Source: a virus
Lineage: Duplodnaviria; Caudoviricetes
Virus record (IMG/VR): IMGVR_UViG_3300033513_000026
Location: 1-39,832 of that record
Strand: one strand, 5' to 3'
Length of the DNA stretch: 39,832 bases
The notes below the pieces were generated by a model. It was not told where the DNA came from, did no database searches, and saw only the letters and a program-made list of their open reading frames with translations. Shown one piece after another: positions 9,137-18,608 of the stretch. Both the position numbers and the translations under genes were made by a program. The stretch's first letter is position 1. The number at the start of each line of letters is the position of its first letter.

Positions 9137-10734
9137 TTTGCTCCTCCTTGGTTTCCGAGCGTGATGTAGAATCCCGTCCCTTTACCTGTTGGTGAAAAGT
9201 TTTGATGGCTTAAAACGTTTGCAAACTGAAACCCTTGAGAATAATACGAGGTCGCATTGTAATACGCTGCTCCGTTATAGACAGGGCCAGAGTTTCCTAC
9301 TGGCGGGCCTTTAAGCGGTATGGAACAGATAGATGTGTTGTATTCGTCCATCCACTGAAACGAAATATCAAGACTCGACGGAGCGGAAATTCTTCGATAC
9401 TGCACCCTTCCTAATAGAATCTCTTCGTTCCATGGGAAAGGCATCATCACTTCTTCGTCAATCGCCTTTGAGGTTCTGGAAACCTGAACAGGATAAATTC
9501 CCGCATCGCTTAATCCAGTCCCGTTCATGTCGTAGACGTTTCCAGAAGAGTCCCCCCAATATACAGAGTAGTTAGTAGTTCCGGGAATCTGTAGATACTT
9601 CGCCGCGCTGGTGTTGAAGCTGTTGGGATGGTTCGTCTTATAGATGCTCCACGGACTCAAGCCTTGATTGATCGCTGTGTCTGTTTCTGCGCCGTACAGA
9701 ATATCCTTGAATAGAACTAGAACCATTCCAGTGATGAAGAAGTAAATCTTCTGTGCTGTCTGATCGTACACAGTAATACAGTCTCTTACGTTCTTTACCG
9801 TGTTTGGAATCCATCTCCCGACGTCATTAGACCTTACGTCACCAAATGCAAGAACAGACCGCATAAGGTTGATATTCCCACCCTTGCGAATATACATCAC
9901 ATCGTTACCGATGTTCGCCATTGTCTCAGTTCCAACAGCCGACGAACCAAGGTAAAAATTTGTAAATTGGTAATCCGCTGCACTTGTCCCGGTAAGCTTG
10001 AATAACTGTCCATCAGAAGTTGAGATTATTAGAACATTCTGAAATACTGTTGCACCGTTGATTGCTTTCAAATCTGGAACGAACAGGTAAAACGCCTCCA
10101 ACCCTGTGGCAAAGGTAGTACCTCCAAGGTTGGTAGGCCCGCCCCTCGCAGCGATGTTTAGAGACTGAGGGTTTTCAAATGCGCTAACTACTATCATGTG
10201 CGGGTAATTCACACCCGCTGATGTGATGTTGAAGAACCACACACGATTATTGAACACTAAGGAATACTTAGCAGAGAACGTACCCGCAAGACCTGTCGGC
10301 ATTGCTTGGTAAGTAGTACCGTCCCACATAGATACTACATTTGACCCTCCCACATCGGAAAAGATCAAGTAGTCACCGAGAGACCAATAAGTATCTCTCA
10401 TTTTTGAGTTGACGGTAACAGAGCCTTTCAGCGTCCACGTAGAAGTTCCGTCCCATTGATAGACATTGGTTCCTGCGAATACAAGCGTAGTCTGAGTCCC
10501 AGAATGCTTGATAAGTTGACTTATACCCGTTATCGCAGAGTTGTTTGGTGCGGTTCCTTTGAGATCAAAAGGCAACCTGGGGGTTAGTATTGATTGTCTA
10601 GCTCCTAACTCGAAATTGTACCCGTCCGACGCCTCACCAATGTCTGGAGTTTGATTCTGATTGAGACCGGCAGGGAACCTGAGAATTAGCCTTGGCTCTT
10701 CTAGCGTCTCATTGGCAGGTTGATAAATTGGCAT
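9106..10734 (-). CDS. Tail tubular protein B / P22 gp10-like nozzle (head stabilisation) protein
   Basis: 542 aa, beta-propeller-like repeats (VYQWDG, FNNRVWFF), directly after the adaptor gene. Confidence 0.7.
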   Translation of the reverse strand: MPIYQPANETLEEPRLILRFPAGLNQNQTPDIGEASDGYNFELGARQSILTPRLPFDLKGTAPNNSAITGISQLIKHSGTQTTLVFAGTNVYQWDGTSTWTLKGSVTVNSKMRDTYWSLGDYLIFSDVGGSNVVSMWDGTTYQAMPTGLAGTFSAKYSLVFNNRVWFFNITSAGVNYPHMIVVSAFENPQSLNIAARGGPTNLGGTTFATGLEAFYLFVPDLKAINGATVFQNVLIISTSDGQLFKLTGTSAADYQFTNFYLGSSAVGTETMANIGNDVMYIRKGGNINLMRSVLAFGDVRSNDVGRWIPNTVKNVRDCITVYDQTAQKIYFFITGMVLVLFKDILYGAETDTAINQGLSPWSIYKTNHPNSFNTSAAKYLQIPGTTNYSVYWGDSSGNVYDMNGTGLSDAGIYPVQVSRTSKAIDEEVMMPFPWNEEILLGRVQYRRISAPSSLDISFQWMDEYNTSICSIPLKGPPVGNSGPVYNGAAYYNATSYYSQGFQFANVLSHQNFSPTGKGTGFYITLGNQGGANWQVDHLELM

Positions 10735-11453
10735 TATGCGTAGGGAGAGGTATAGATCGGCCCATAGTATTTATTGGGCTTCTTTGGATTAATCAGTCTC
10801 AGAAGCGTAGAGCGGAAATTTCTGTATTCCGGGTTTTGATCCACTGGCGCAGATGGTTGTTTTGGGTTTGCGTTAAATAGAGACTGAAACCTAATCGCTG
10901 CCATTTGGCAAAAGATGTTTGACTCAATATCCCGAATGAACGGCATGTTGTCAGTCGCATTGATGGGGATTACGTCCTTTTCATAGTCGAACGTCAATAC
11001 CCTGTTGTTAAAATTCACGTCAGGAATTTGGTAAAACCCTACTTGTTTGGTAGCTCCTTCGACGTAATACCACCAGTTAGGGCTTCCAATATCTGTTTGG
11101 TACGTCCATACAGACTTAGAAAGTTGTTTTTCTCCACCCGAATACTCAAACATTTGGTTGGAGCCAACGGAGTCGTAGAAAAATTGGTTATCTTGCCAAA
11201 ATTGGACAAAATCACTCGGAAGGGCGTAAGTTCTAGTTCCGGTTAACAGAGTGATGGAAGAAGACACTCTTTCTGAGGGAAAATCATAGAACGCTGTTAG
11301 GTCGGTCATAGTGTCCTGCACCGCGATGATGGCGAGGTTCAATGTCGCACCATGTTGCAGGTCGGAAAACGTCACTACGGGGTCGGTATCGCCTCGAATC
11401 ACCCCTGTTATTCGGAGTATCCGATTGACCGCACCTACGAAGTTCATAGACAT
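10734..11453 (-). CDS. Head-tail adaptor / tail tubular protein A
   Basis: 'AVNRILR..G', 'ITLLTGTRTYALPSDF' and 'GFYQIPD' typical of adaptor proteins; follows the capsid gene. Confidence 0.7.
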   Translation of the reverse strand: MSMNFVGAVNRILRITGVIRGDTDPVVTFSDLQHGATLNLAIIAVQDTMTDLTAFYDFPSERVSSSITLLTGTRTYALPSDFVQFWQDNQFFYDSVGSNQMFEYSGGEKQLSKSVWTYQTDIGSPNWWYYVEGATKQVGFYQIPDVNFNNRVLTFDYEKDVIPINATDNMPFIRDIESNIFCQMAAIRFQSLFNANPKQPSAPVDQNPEYRNFRSTLLRLINPKKPNKYYGPIYTSPYA

Positions 11454-11466
11454 AATTTCACCTTAG

Positions 11467-11491
11467 AAAAAGCCCCCAATTAAGGGGGCTT
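11467..11491 (-). terminator. Rho-independent terminator after the major capsid gene
   Basis: Minus strand reads AAGCCCCC-TTAATT-GGGGGC-TTTTT. Confidence 0.85.
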
Positions 11492-11497
11492 CCCATC

Positions 11498-12583
11498 TTA
11501 CAGCTTCGCAGAACCGCTACGGATTTTGTAAATCCAGTTGTTGTTCAGGATCGTTCCAACGTGCCATGCCTTCCACGCGAGAGAAGCGGCTTCGTTGAAA
11601 GCATCCATCACACCAGCAGAACCCAAAGGTTTGTAGATGATTTCTACAGCCGGAGGATTCTTCGGATTATACATTTCGTAGGAGTTGGTAGCGTGCATGT
11701 TTCCAAGCCCCACAGTACCGATTGCCTCCTGACCATATACAAACGAGTCGTACACGTCATGGGCCTTGGTAGATGCGCCACGCAGACCCACAGAAGACAC
11801 TTTTCCAGCGCCAGAGGCGATAGTGGATACCTGAGTAGACGACCAACGAACACCAGCTACCGCGCCAAATTCAAACGGCATGGTTTCGGTGTAACCCGCG
11901 TACTGCTCTACCGGGATGAAGCCAGTCAGTGCGCGAATATCTTCTTCTACGTCCACATGGCAGATACCGTAGTAGCTAGAACGGATCGGCTGTGTACCGA
12001 TGTTCGTAGAACCCATTCCGATAGGCGTAAATGTTCTCGCGGCCTGCTCGTTCAGGAAGTTGGTAGCTGCCTTAATATCCGTCAAAGAGATTGCCGCAGA
12101 GATGGTAGAAACGCTAGTACCACCACCTACCGCACCAGTCGAGTAACGGACGTTTGTGGCTCCCTGGTACGCGGTGAACATCAGCGAGTTCAGAGATTCA
12201 CCCGCGTTCGCTCCCAAAGTATCAAGCAGTTTGGCTGCTTTGGTGTTGACGTTGAAAAGGTCTACTTCCTCCGTCAAGAGAATAGCATTACCCTTTTTCA
12301 ACACCTGAGCGGTAACAGCCGACAGAGTGGGCGTTACGAAGTTGCGCCCGAAGAACGCGCCCTGCGAACCGGCCAATTCAGTCAGGGTAGTTGTAGCAGC
12401 GGCGAGGTTGTTGATACGCTCCCACTTTACGCTCGCCGAACCACCGGACTTTTGCAGGCTACCAGCAAGAGTTCCGTTAAAATACGGCAGCTTTTTACGA
12501 GCCGCCGACAGCAGACCTTTCATGAGTACGTAGTTAACTGGTTGGGTTAAATACGTACTCGTATTTGTGATCGTTTGTGCCAT
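11498..12583 (-). CDS. Major capsid protein (N4-gp56 family-like)
   Basis: 361 aa; 'SVKWERINNL', 'YYGICHVDVEEDIRALTGFIPVEQYA..EFGAVAGVRW' and 'AWKAWH..ILNNNW'; AAGGAG RBS and a downstream terminator. Confidence 0.85.
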   Translation of the reverse strand: MAQTITNTSTYLTQPVNYVLMKGLLSAARKKLPYFNGTLAGSLQKSGGSASVKWERINNLAAATTTLTELAGSQGAFFGRNFVTPTLSAVTAQVLKKGNAILLTEEVDLFNVNTKAAKLLDTLGANAGESLNSLMFTAYQGATNVRYSTGAVGGGTSVSTISAAISLTDIKAATNFLNEQAARTFTPIGMGSTNIGTQPIRSSYYGICHVDVEEDIRALTGFIPVEQYAGYTETMPFEFGAVAGVRWSSTQVSTIASGAGKVSSVGLRGASTKAHDVYDSFVYGQEAIGTVGLGNMHATNSYEMYNPKNPPAVEIIYKPLGSAGVMDAFNEAASLAWKAWHVGTILNNNWIYKIRSGSAKL

Positions 12584-12621
12584 TTAAATCTCCTTAATCG
12601 TTAAATTAAGGCAACACAAAC

Positions 12622-13311
12622 TCAGTTATGTCCGCGAACCATTCTTTCCCAATTCGCTTGAAACTCTGCGCCGTTTTTGGAACCCCAGTCCGGCTCATTG
12701 CTATCATCCTGAGTCGTTGTTGCCGATGCGTTTCTGGATGCAGCAAGCGCCTTTCGATTAGCCACCAATTGCGGGTCGGCACGAACCTCGTACTTCTTAC
12801 CAATGTCCTTGGCAATCACGTTTAATGCCTTTGTAAAGGCTGCTTTTGCTTGGGGAGACGAATTCCTGCCTTCCCATAGCGCCTTAAACTTGACATCCGT
12901 TCTTGCTCGTTCGTTCAGTTCAAAGGTTGCGAGATTTTCGTTCTCGATCCCGGATTCTTTAGCTATATGCGAAGAAGCCTGCTTTATATCTTCCTCCAGT
13001 CGAGCAACAAAGGCTTGCTGTTGTTCAGCACGAATCCTGTTGTTGATTTCGGCTTGGGTTTGTTCTGTTTTGCGTACCTTGCTCTCAAGATTTGCAAGAA
13101 ACTCTCGGTGCCGGTCAACATCGAACGCATCTGGAACTTCTACGCGTTCTTCTGCTTGATTGGCAGGCGAAGTAACTTCTTGAGGGGCCGCATGTGTTTG
13201 CGTCGTTGACGCTTCAAGTCCTGACTCCTTGTAGAGATCGTCAAGCGTCGGCTCAACGGTGTCTACTTGAGTATTTTGGGTGTTTTCTACTGCTTGAGTA
13301 GTATCGTTCAT
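12622..13311 (-). CDS. Capsid scaffolding protein
   Basis: Acidic low-complexity N-terminus and coiled coil, directly upstream of the capsid gene. Confidence 0.65.
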   Translation of the reverse strand: MNDTTQAVENTQNTQVDTVEPTLDDLYKESGLEASTTQTHAAPQEVTSPANQAEERVEVPDAFDVDRHREFLANLESKVRKTEQTQAEINNRIRAEQQQAFVARLEEDIKQASSHIAKESGIENENLATFELNERARTDVKFKALWEGRNSSPQAKAAFTKALNVIAKDIGKKYEVRADPQLVANRKALAASRNASATTTQDDSNEPDWGSKNGAEFQANWERMVRGHN

Positions 13312-13512
13312 TTACTTTCTTTCCTTAAAGGGGTTGATAATTTGTAATGCTCGATCAAATCCTTGCTGGATTAGCATATTAGAACACACTAATCTGTAGT
13401 TATCAACAGCAGGATCATATTGGGGTACTATTGGACGTGATTTTTCCAAAGCATCAAGCAACATTCTGAATTCAGGTTGTTCATGCAGGTTTTGGAGAAT
13501 TTGCTTGTTCAT
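13312..13512 (-). CDS. Small hypothetical protein between portal and scaffold
   Basis: ORF MNKQILQNLHEQPEF...; position typical of podophage head modules. Confidence 0.5.
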   Translation of the reverse strand: MNKQILQNLHEQPEFRMLLDALEKSRPIVPQYDPAVDNYRLVCSNMLIQQGFDRALQIINPFKERK

Positions 13513-15487
13513 TACCGGCGTCCTTAAAAGTTGATTCAATCTCGTTTTTGAGTTCGTCTATTAGCTTCTGGACGTTCTGTTCTGTCCTGTCTGTTGCCTG
13601 ATGGTGTTTTTGAGCAATGGAAAGGATGTTTTTAATGTGAGACTCCTTGATCTTCGCCATTTTAGCTGTAAAGTCCAACATCATTTTCTTTTCCTTGACC
13701 GCAGTTTGGGCCTTCTCCTGTTCCAGTTCCTTCGCAAGTTTTTGAACGGTCATAGCCATTTGATTCAGTTTAGCCTGAACATCTGGAGAAATATCTCCTT
13801 GCTTAAGGAATCTCTCTCCCCCTTTAACCCCGGCATCCATGAATACTTGCTTGATTATCTCCATGGGCTCTAGAAGGGGAGCGAATAACGGATTCTTAGA
13901 GATAGCGTCAGCGGTAGCTAAAAACTGTTGCTGACGCCTCATTTCACCCAATACACCCTTAGAGCCTACTACTTCAAAGTGTACGGTATCGGGTAACTCT
14001 GCTCCTGTTACCCTCAAGAAGTCGGGAGAGTCTAATTCCGGGTTGTAGTAGTTATACGAAAAATTCTTCTTGGTCTTGTTCATGTAATGCTGCATATACA
14101 AGAACGTCCTAAGAGCATCATCCAACTTGATAGCGAACCCGAACGGTCCCGCTTCTGAGTCTGCTTGCTTGGTAAGAACTTCCGTCCTTGTGGCCCTGTC
14201 TCCTACCTCTACTCCCGGCCTTCCAAGAGATTCTTTCATGGACGAAACCATGTACTGAAGACCGGCAAGAGTAGATGCAGGATCGCCTACATCCATTGTC
14301 TTGTAGTTTGCAGAACCCTTTGTAGAAGTCTTTGCACCCGGAGCGATAGTAGGGCCGCCATTCAGAACAAAATCAGGGTCGTTCCCGTCATACACGATAG
14401 GCGGACGGGTTTTTAACTGGGCACCGTTTACAAACTCATTCGCCAGAATAGAAGAGATTTTTTGTACCGGGCTTTGCTTGATGAGAGGAGACATGAAGTA
14501 CGGGTCTCGAACGTCCATCTTTTCGTAACCCTTGAAGATGATGGGAGGGTATGGAGTTTCGATTGCATCTATGTAAACCATCTTCCCGTTAGCCATGATA
14601 ACGTGGTAATTCGGGAAAAACATATCATCATCCGAAGGCTCCATTCCATCAGAGCTTTTCTTGATTACTACGTCGCCCCAATACTTGATTATTTCGAGAT
14701 CATAGGTCTTGTTTTCCTTCTGCTCGTTTTCCCTCTTGGGGATTTTTTTCAGTGCTTTGGGAATCCACCCTTCGCCTTTTGCCATTTCAAGGAATTTATG
14801 CCGTGGCATGTATTCCCGAATGAACATTGAGCCGTTATAGAACATATTCGACCCCACCAAAGAAGGGGAGGGGTCGGGCCAACAGTTCCACATCGAATGC
14901 GGAACCCAAACCGGGGAGCATATTTCTTTAGGCTTTACGCCATCGAAATACATATCCATGTAATCGCGCTTCACTTCCGCCACGAAAGCGCCATGATGAA
15001 GGCCTTCTTTAATTGACAGTTCTACTCTCTCGTAGAATCCGAAGTCTCTATGCTGTTGAGTCATTACAGCGCGGAGACGACCGTCTACCATGTCCTGATA
15101 TTTCTTATCTGTCTTTTCTGCTTCTCCGGTTATTGGGTTCAGTTCGGTAGGAATTTCTACATGCGCTTCGAACCAGCTTCGGCTTTCAGGAAAAACCACT
15201 CGCTTAAGGTCGGTTGTCATAATATCTGACGCCCTACCGAGTTCCCCTAGTTCAAACGTCGCCAACCATGTCTTTTCCGACTCCTCTGTGTTGTAGGAAT
15301 CCATTGGGTCTAGAACTACTTGGCGGTCTACTTCCTTCCATTTCGCTTCATGAGAGCGCCTGTAGTCGGAGTTCTTCCGCTTCTCTAATTCTGCCTTTAG
15401 AGACTGTTCAATCTTCTTGTAATCCTTGTCCGTAATCTTACGGGCTTTAACTTCTTTCTCTTCGTTTTCTGCCATGATTAACCCCAA
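13481..15487 (-). CDS. Portal protein
   Basis: 668 aa directly after TerL; 'PIIFKGYE..PYFMSPL', 'RATRTEV' and a C-terminal coiled-coil barrel as in P22/T7-like portals. Confidence 0.85.
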   Translation of the reverse strand: MGLIMAENEEKEVKARKITDKDYKKIEQSLKAELEKRKNSDYRRSHEAKWKEVDRQVVLDPMDSYNTEESEKTWLATFELGELGRASDIMTTDLKRVVFPESRSWFEAHVEIPTELNPITGEAEKTDKKYQDMVDGRLRAVMTQQHRDFGFYERVELSIKEGLHHGAFVAEVKRDYMDMYFDGVKPKEICSPVWVPHSMWNCWPDPSPSLVGSNMFYNGSMFIREYMPRHKFLEMAKGEGWIPKALKKIPKRENEQKENKTYDLEIIKYWGDVVIKKSSDGMEPSDDDMFFPNYHVIMANGKMVYIDAIETPYPPIIFKGYEKMDVRDPYFMSPLIKQSPVQKISSILANEFVNGAQLKTRPPIVYDGNDPDFVLNGGPTIAPGAKTSTKGSANYKTMDVGDPASTLAGLQYMVSSMKESLGRPGVEVGDRATRTEVLTKQADSEAGPFGFAIKLDDALRTFLYMQHYMNKTKKNFSYNYYNPELDSPDFLRVTGAELPDTVHFEVVGSKGVLGEMRRQQQFLATADAISKNPLFAPLLEPMEIIKQVFMDAGVKGGERFLKQGDISPDVQAKLNQMAMTVQKLAKELEQEKAQTAVKEKKMMLDFTAKMAKIKESHIKNILSIAQKHHQATDRTEQNVQKLIDELKNEIESTFKDAGNEQANSPKPA

Positions 15488-17772
15488 TTCGTGTGACGCT
15501 GGTAGCTTACTTGTTTACGAGGTGCAACCGTCATAGTGCGGGCATGACGAAGCATCATGATCGCGTATCGAACGGCTGAAATAACGTCATCGTTCATCTT
15601 TACGAGCTTGCTTATCCTTGCACCATTGGATTCTAATATAGCTCGGTGATACATTCGCTTTTCTTCCATGAAATACTTGCAGGTTTTGAAGACTTTAAAT
15701 CTTCCTGTCTGCATTCTTTCGAGCATTTCCATCAAAGATGCTTCTACCGAATTCCCGCCTTCCCCTTCTTTCTGTCCCGGAGAGGGGGGGTTTGTAGCTT
15801 TCCATGGAAGCATGTTAAGTCCAGCATCTAGATATTGCTGTCGTAACTGAATACCAGTCCCTTTTTCTGTATTCAACCCGTCATGCGGCCACGTAACCGG
15901 AACCCATTCGCCCCATGCATTGATAGATTGGGCGTGTACCACCGGAAGGGCGCGAGTCTCCCGATAATCATTCACAAGATAAACGCAGTCTGATTCCCTA
16001 TCCCATGCGATTTTACCAGCGCCAAATGGGTGATCCCAACCAAAGTCAATCCCTGTAATCTGCGGCCAGTGTCTAGGTATATCGAACGGGTCTATCAATA
16101 TGTCATCGTCTGGAACGTCAAACACTAGGCCCGCTCCCATTAATGGGGAACCTTTAGACCGCATTTCTCTTTCATGCGCCGGAAAGGCTTTTAAACGTTG
16201 CTGTTTGACTTCATCCGTCATGTGGGGGGCATCGTCCCATCCTGCTTGAATGATTGCCTGACCATAAGACAAATTGTTCATAAACCCCGAAACTACTTCA
16301 GTCATGCCTTCTTCGGGGGTTTCTGTGATGTAGAGAATGGAACCAGGCATTGCAAGGCCCATACGTATAAACTGGCTCCAAATCTCAGGCGGGGGTTCTT
16401 CGTCCAACCATCCACCATGAGCACGAATGCCCATGAACTTCTTGAATCCCTGCTCATAGGCTCGTATGTAGACCTTCGACCATCCACCAGTTACGTGTTT
16501 AACTAGGGCGGAATCTATCGCGTTAGGGACCCCTGCCTTTCTGTGCGTCTTTCCGATGCAGTCTATAGGAATCGTTCCAGTCCCCAATTCCTTGTCACTC
16601 ATTGGGTTTCCGAAGAGTTCTTTCTGGACAATATCCCTAGCCGTCTCATTTGTGTTAGATCCAATCATAAACTCGACAGGGTGTAAATACCTTGTTCCCT
16701 CCCACCAATCGGGGTATCTTCCAGTTAGATGAATGGCGGTCTCCATCGCTCCGCTAAAAGTATTGTGGTGAACCAATCCACCAGCAATATAGTTGTGTCT
16801 GTCTTCTACCTCCATATCGTATAGAGTGTGTACGCCAACAGAATAGACTGTTATAATGTTGTTTCCGTCAATAGTTAAAGGAGATAACAATGCCCGCAAA
16901 GAAGATTGTTGACCTTGAGTTGTTTCGTGAACTGTTTTCTCAGGATTTGCAAAATCATAAGATTGCTCAACTTCTTGGCGTTTCTGAACGATGGGTTGAG
17001 AGGTATGCTCGACGCTTCGGCTATAAAAAGACGCGTACGGGGCCGAAATCCGGCGACCGACATACGAACTGGAAAGGGGGGCGAAAACTCGTTGGAGGAT
17101 ATTGGTACATTTATTCACCAGACCATCCAAACTGTACCAAATCAAAGTACGTCCTCGAACACCGCTTGGCAATGGAGAAAAAACTTGGACGCCTTCTTGA
17201 TCGTAAAGAAGTTGTCCACCATAAAGACGGAAATAGCCAAAACAACGATCCTTCAAACCTCGAAGTGTTCCGAACAAACGGCGAGCACCTCTCAGAGCAT
17301 TTTTTAAATAATCCTGCTCAGAGGCAGCGTATCCGGGAAGGAATGGCAAAAGTTGACCTAAAGGGACGTAAGCGCCGCCAGCGGTCAAAATCATATGACC
17401 TTTCGGGCACTCCACCCAGCGGCCATCTGACAGAACAATCCTAAAACATTCCTCTGGTGGCTTGCGTACCCACGCAACAACTTTTCGTGGTTCTTTGTTT
17501 GGGTACGTCAATACATTGCATTCTCTTCCCCATACCTCACTAAGACGCTTTTCTCCCCCGTCAGTTTCTATCTTGACGGAAATAGAGTTGCACTTGCCAA
17601 TCTGATTTCCACCGAGTAGTAGACGCTGAGATGCCGGTAGATTTGTTCCTTTGCCTTTTGCGTTGTGGAATTCTTTCTGCTTTGGATAGGGGGTGTAATA
17701 CTCAAGACGGTGAGTATTCTTGTACCTCTCTATATCTGAGAGTGCTTTTACGATGTCTGAAATGTCAACCAT
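15478..17772 (-). CDS. terL: Terminase large subunit, intein-containing (764 aa precursor, ~487 aa spliced)
   Basis: Walker A GGNQIGK|T split by the intein, Walker B 'WLDEEPP', coupling motif 'ITETPEEG', nuclease 'GIDFGWDHP' and 'DDVISAVRYA'. Confidence 0.95.
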   Translation of the reverse strand: MVDISDIVKALSDIERYKNTHRLEYYTPYPKQKEFHNAKGKGTNLPASQRLLLGGNQIGKCNSISVKIETDGGEKRLSEVWGRECNVLTYPNKEPRKVVAWVRKPPEECFRIVLSDGRWVECPKGHMILTAGGAYVPLGQLLPFLPGYAASEQDYLKNALRGARRLFGTLRGLKDRCFGYFRLYGGQLLYDQEGVQVFSPLPSGVRGRTLIWYSLDGLVNKCTNILQRVFAPLSSSYVGRRISAPYASFYSRSVEHTSQPIVQKRQEVEQSYDFANPEKTVHETTQGQQSSLRALLSPLTIDGNNIITVYSVGVHTLYDMEVEDRHNYIAGGLVHHNTFSGAMETAIHLTGRYPDWWEGTRYLHPVEFMIGSNTNETARDIVQKELFGNPMSDKELGTGTIPIDCIGKTHRKAGVPNAIDSALVKHVTGGWSKVYIRAYEQGFKKFMGIRAHGGWLDEEPPPEIWSQFIRMGLAMPGSILYITETPEEGMTEVVSGFMNNLSYGQAIIQAGWDDAPHMTDEVKQQRLKAFPAHEREMRSKGSPLMGAGLVFDVPDDDILIDPFDIPRHWPQITGIDFGWDHPFGAGKIAWDRESDCVYLVNDYRETRALPVVHAQSINAWGEWVPVTWPHDGLNTEKGTGIQLRQQYLDAGLNMLPWKATNPPSPGQKEGEGGNSVEASLMEMLERMQTGRFKVFKTCKYFMEEKRMYHRAILESNGARISKLVKMNDDVISAVRYAIMMLRHARTMTVAPRKQVSYQRHTNWG
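16849..16883 (+). promoter_or_regulatory. Extended -10 sigma70 promoter and RBS for the antisense HNH gene
   Basis: TG-T-TATAAT at 16849-16857 and AAGGAG at 16878-16883, 6 nt before the ATG at 16890. Confidence 0.7.
16890..17444 (+). CDS. HNH homing endonuclease (N-terminal HTH + HNH_3), antisense within the TerL intein
   Basis: HTH 'KIAQLLGVSERWVERY', 'HTNWKGG', and 'YVLEHRLAMEKKLGR..EVVHHKDGNSQNNDPSNLEVF'; strong RBS. Confidence 0.92.
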   Translation: MPAKKIVDLELFRELFSQDLQNHKIAQLLGVSERWVERYARRFGYKKTRTGPKSGDRHTNWKGGRKLVGGYWYIYSPDHPNCTKSKYVLEHRLAMEKKLGRLLDRKEVVHHKDGNSQNNDPSNLEVFRTNGEHLSEHFLNNPAQRQRIREGMAKVDLKGRKRRQRSKSYDLSGTPPSGHLTEQS

Positions 17773-18007
17773 TCATCAACTCTTCAACTACTCGTTTTGC
17801 CTCTTGTGGGTTGTCTCGACGCAAACATGCGATAGGAGACAGCGATTCCGTTTCGATTGAAAATACATCTATAGGAGCCTCAAACGGGCTTGATTTTGTC
17901 TCTGGATCGTAAGACATAACCACCAACTTACCGCCCATTTGCCATGTGGTGTAGTAATGACCCTCTATTAGAGACTTGTACGCCTTAACGCATTTGCGAA
18001 CTTCCAT
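17765..18007 (-). CDS. Hypothetical protein
   Basis: 80 aa ORF overlapping both neighbours in the operon. Confidence 0.55.
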   Translation of the reverse strand: MEVRKCVKAYKSLIEGHYYTTWQMGGKLVVMSYDPETKSSPFEAPIDVFSIETESLSPIACLRRDNPQEAKRVVEELMNG

Positions 18008-18608
18008 CCCACTCTTCCTTTACCCAGCCAAATGAAAAATCATGCGGCTTGGGGTGACCGTGGAAACAACAAATAGCCGCTTTTAGTGGCATTCCAGTAG
18101 TCGCATGGGCCTTGTATGACACAATCTTGTAGGGAAAAAGGTCTTGCAGCCTCTTGGCGTGTTTTACCTGCTTCTCTATGTAGATTTGATCCCCACCTGA
18201 GATATGAGGACACCCATCTTTTTCGTAATTGTCGGTAATTTCATGTCCGAACCCACCTTTCCAAATCATCATCCCAGATCCATATCCATTGGGACGGTAA
18301 AAATCCCTCAGAATGGCAAATTTGCCGTTGTACTTGTCAATGAAATTGATGTTATCAACAATCAAGGTATCAAGGTCGAAGAAAACAACTTTCCCCTCGG
18401 TAAATTCCTTGAAGAGATATAGTTTTGAATACCATCCTTCACCTTTAATCGGTCTGGTTTCGCACTCTATACCTGTAGGATCGTCGGTAAAGCACACAAA
18501 TTTATGAGGGACGGTCAAGTACCACTCTACTGCCCTGTAAAGCTTGTTGACGTACTCCGCCCCTCTTCCGCAGTAGTTGTTAACTTGAACGCAACAGATT
18601 GTCAACAT
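17985..18608 (-). CDS. Glycosyltransferase, GT-A fold (GT8-like)
   Basis: 'YVNKLY..V..HKFVCFTDD', 'GWYSKLYLF', DxD in 'FFDLDTLI', 'GGDQ' and 'CFHGHPKPH'. Confidence 0.8.
   Translation of the reverse strand: MLTICCVQVNNYCGRGAEYVNKLYRAVEWYLTVPHKFVCFTDDPTGIECETRPIKGEGWYSKLYLFKEFTEGKVVFFDLDTLIVDNINFIDKYNGKFAILRDFYRPNGYGSGMMIWKGGFGHEITDNYEKDGCPHISGGDQIYIEKQVKHAKRLQDLFPYKIVSYKAHATTGMPLKAAICCFHGHPKPHDFSFGWVKEEWDGSSQMR

Larger units (their letters stand above)
16762..17592 (-). mobile_element. Intein (277 aa, C61-N337) in the TerL Walker A motif
   Basis: Starts with Cys after GK; block B-like 'VECPKGHMILT', block F/G 'LYDMEVEDRHNYIAGGLVHHN', +1 Thr restores GKT. Confidence 0.93.

Noticed and set aside
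11561-12550. 329-aa + strand ORF opposite the capsid gene
   Set aside because: Antisense shadow of a codon-biased gene, with no recognisable motifs, unlike the HNH case.
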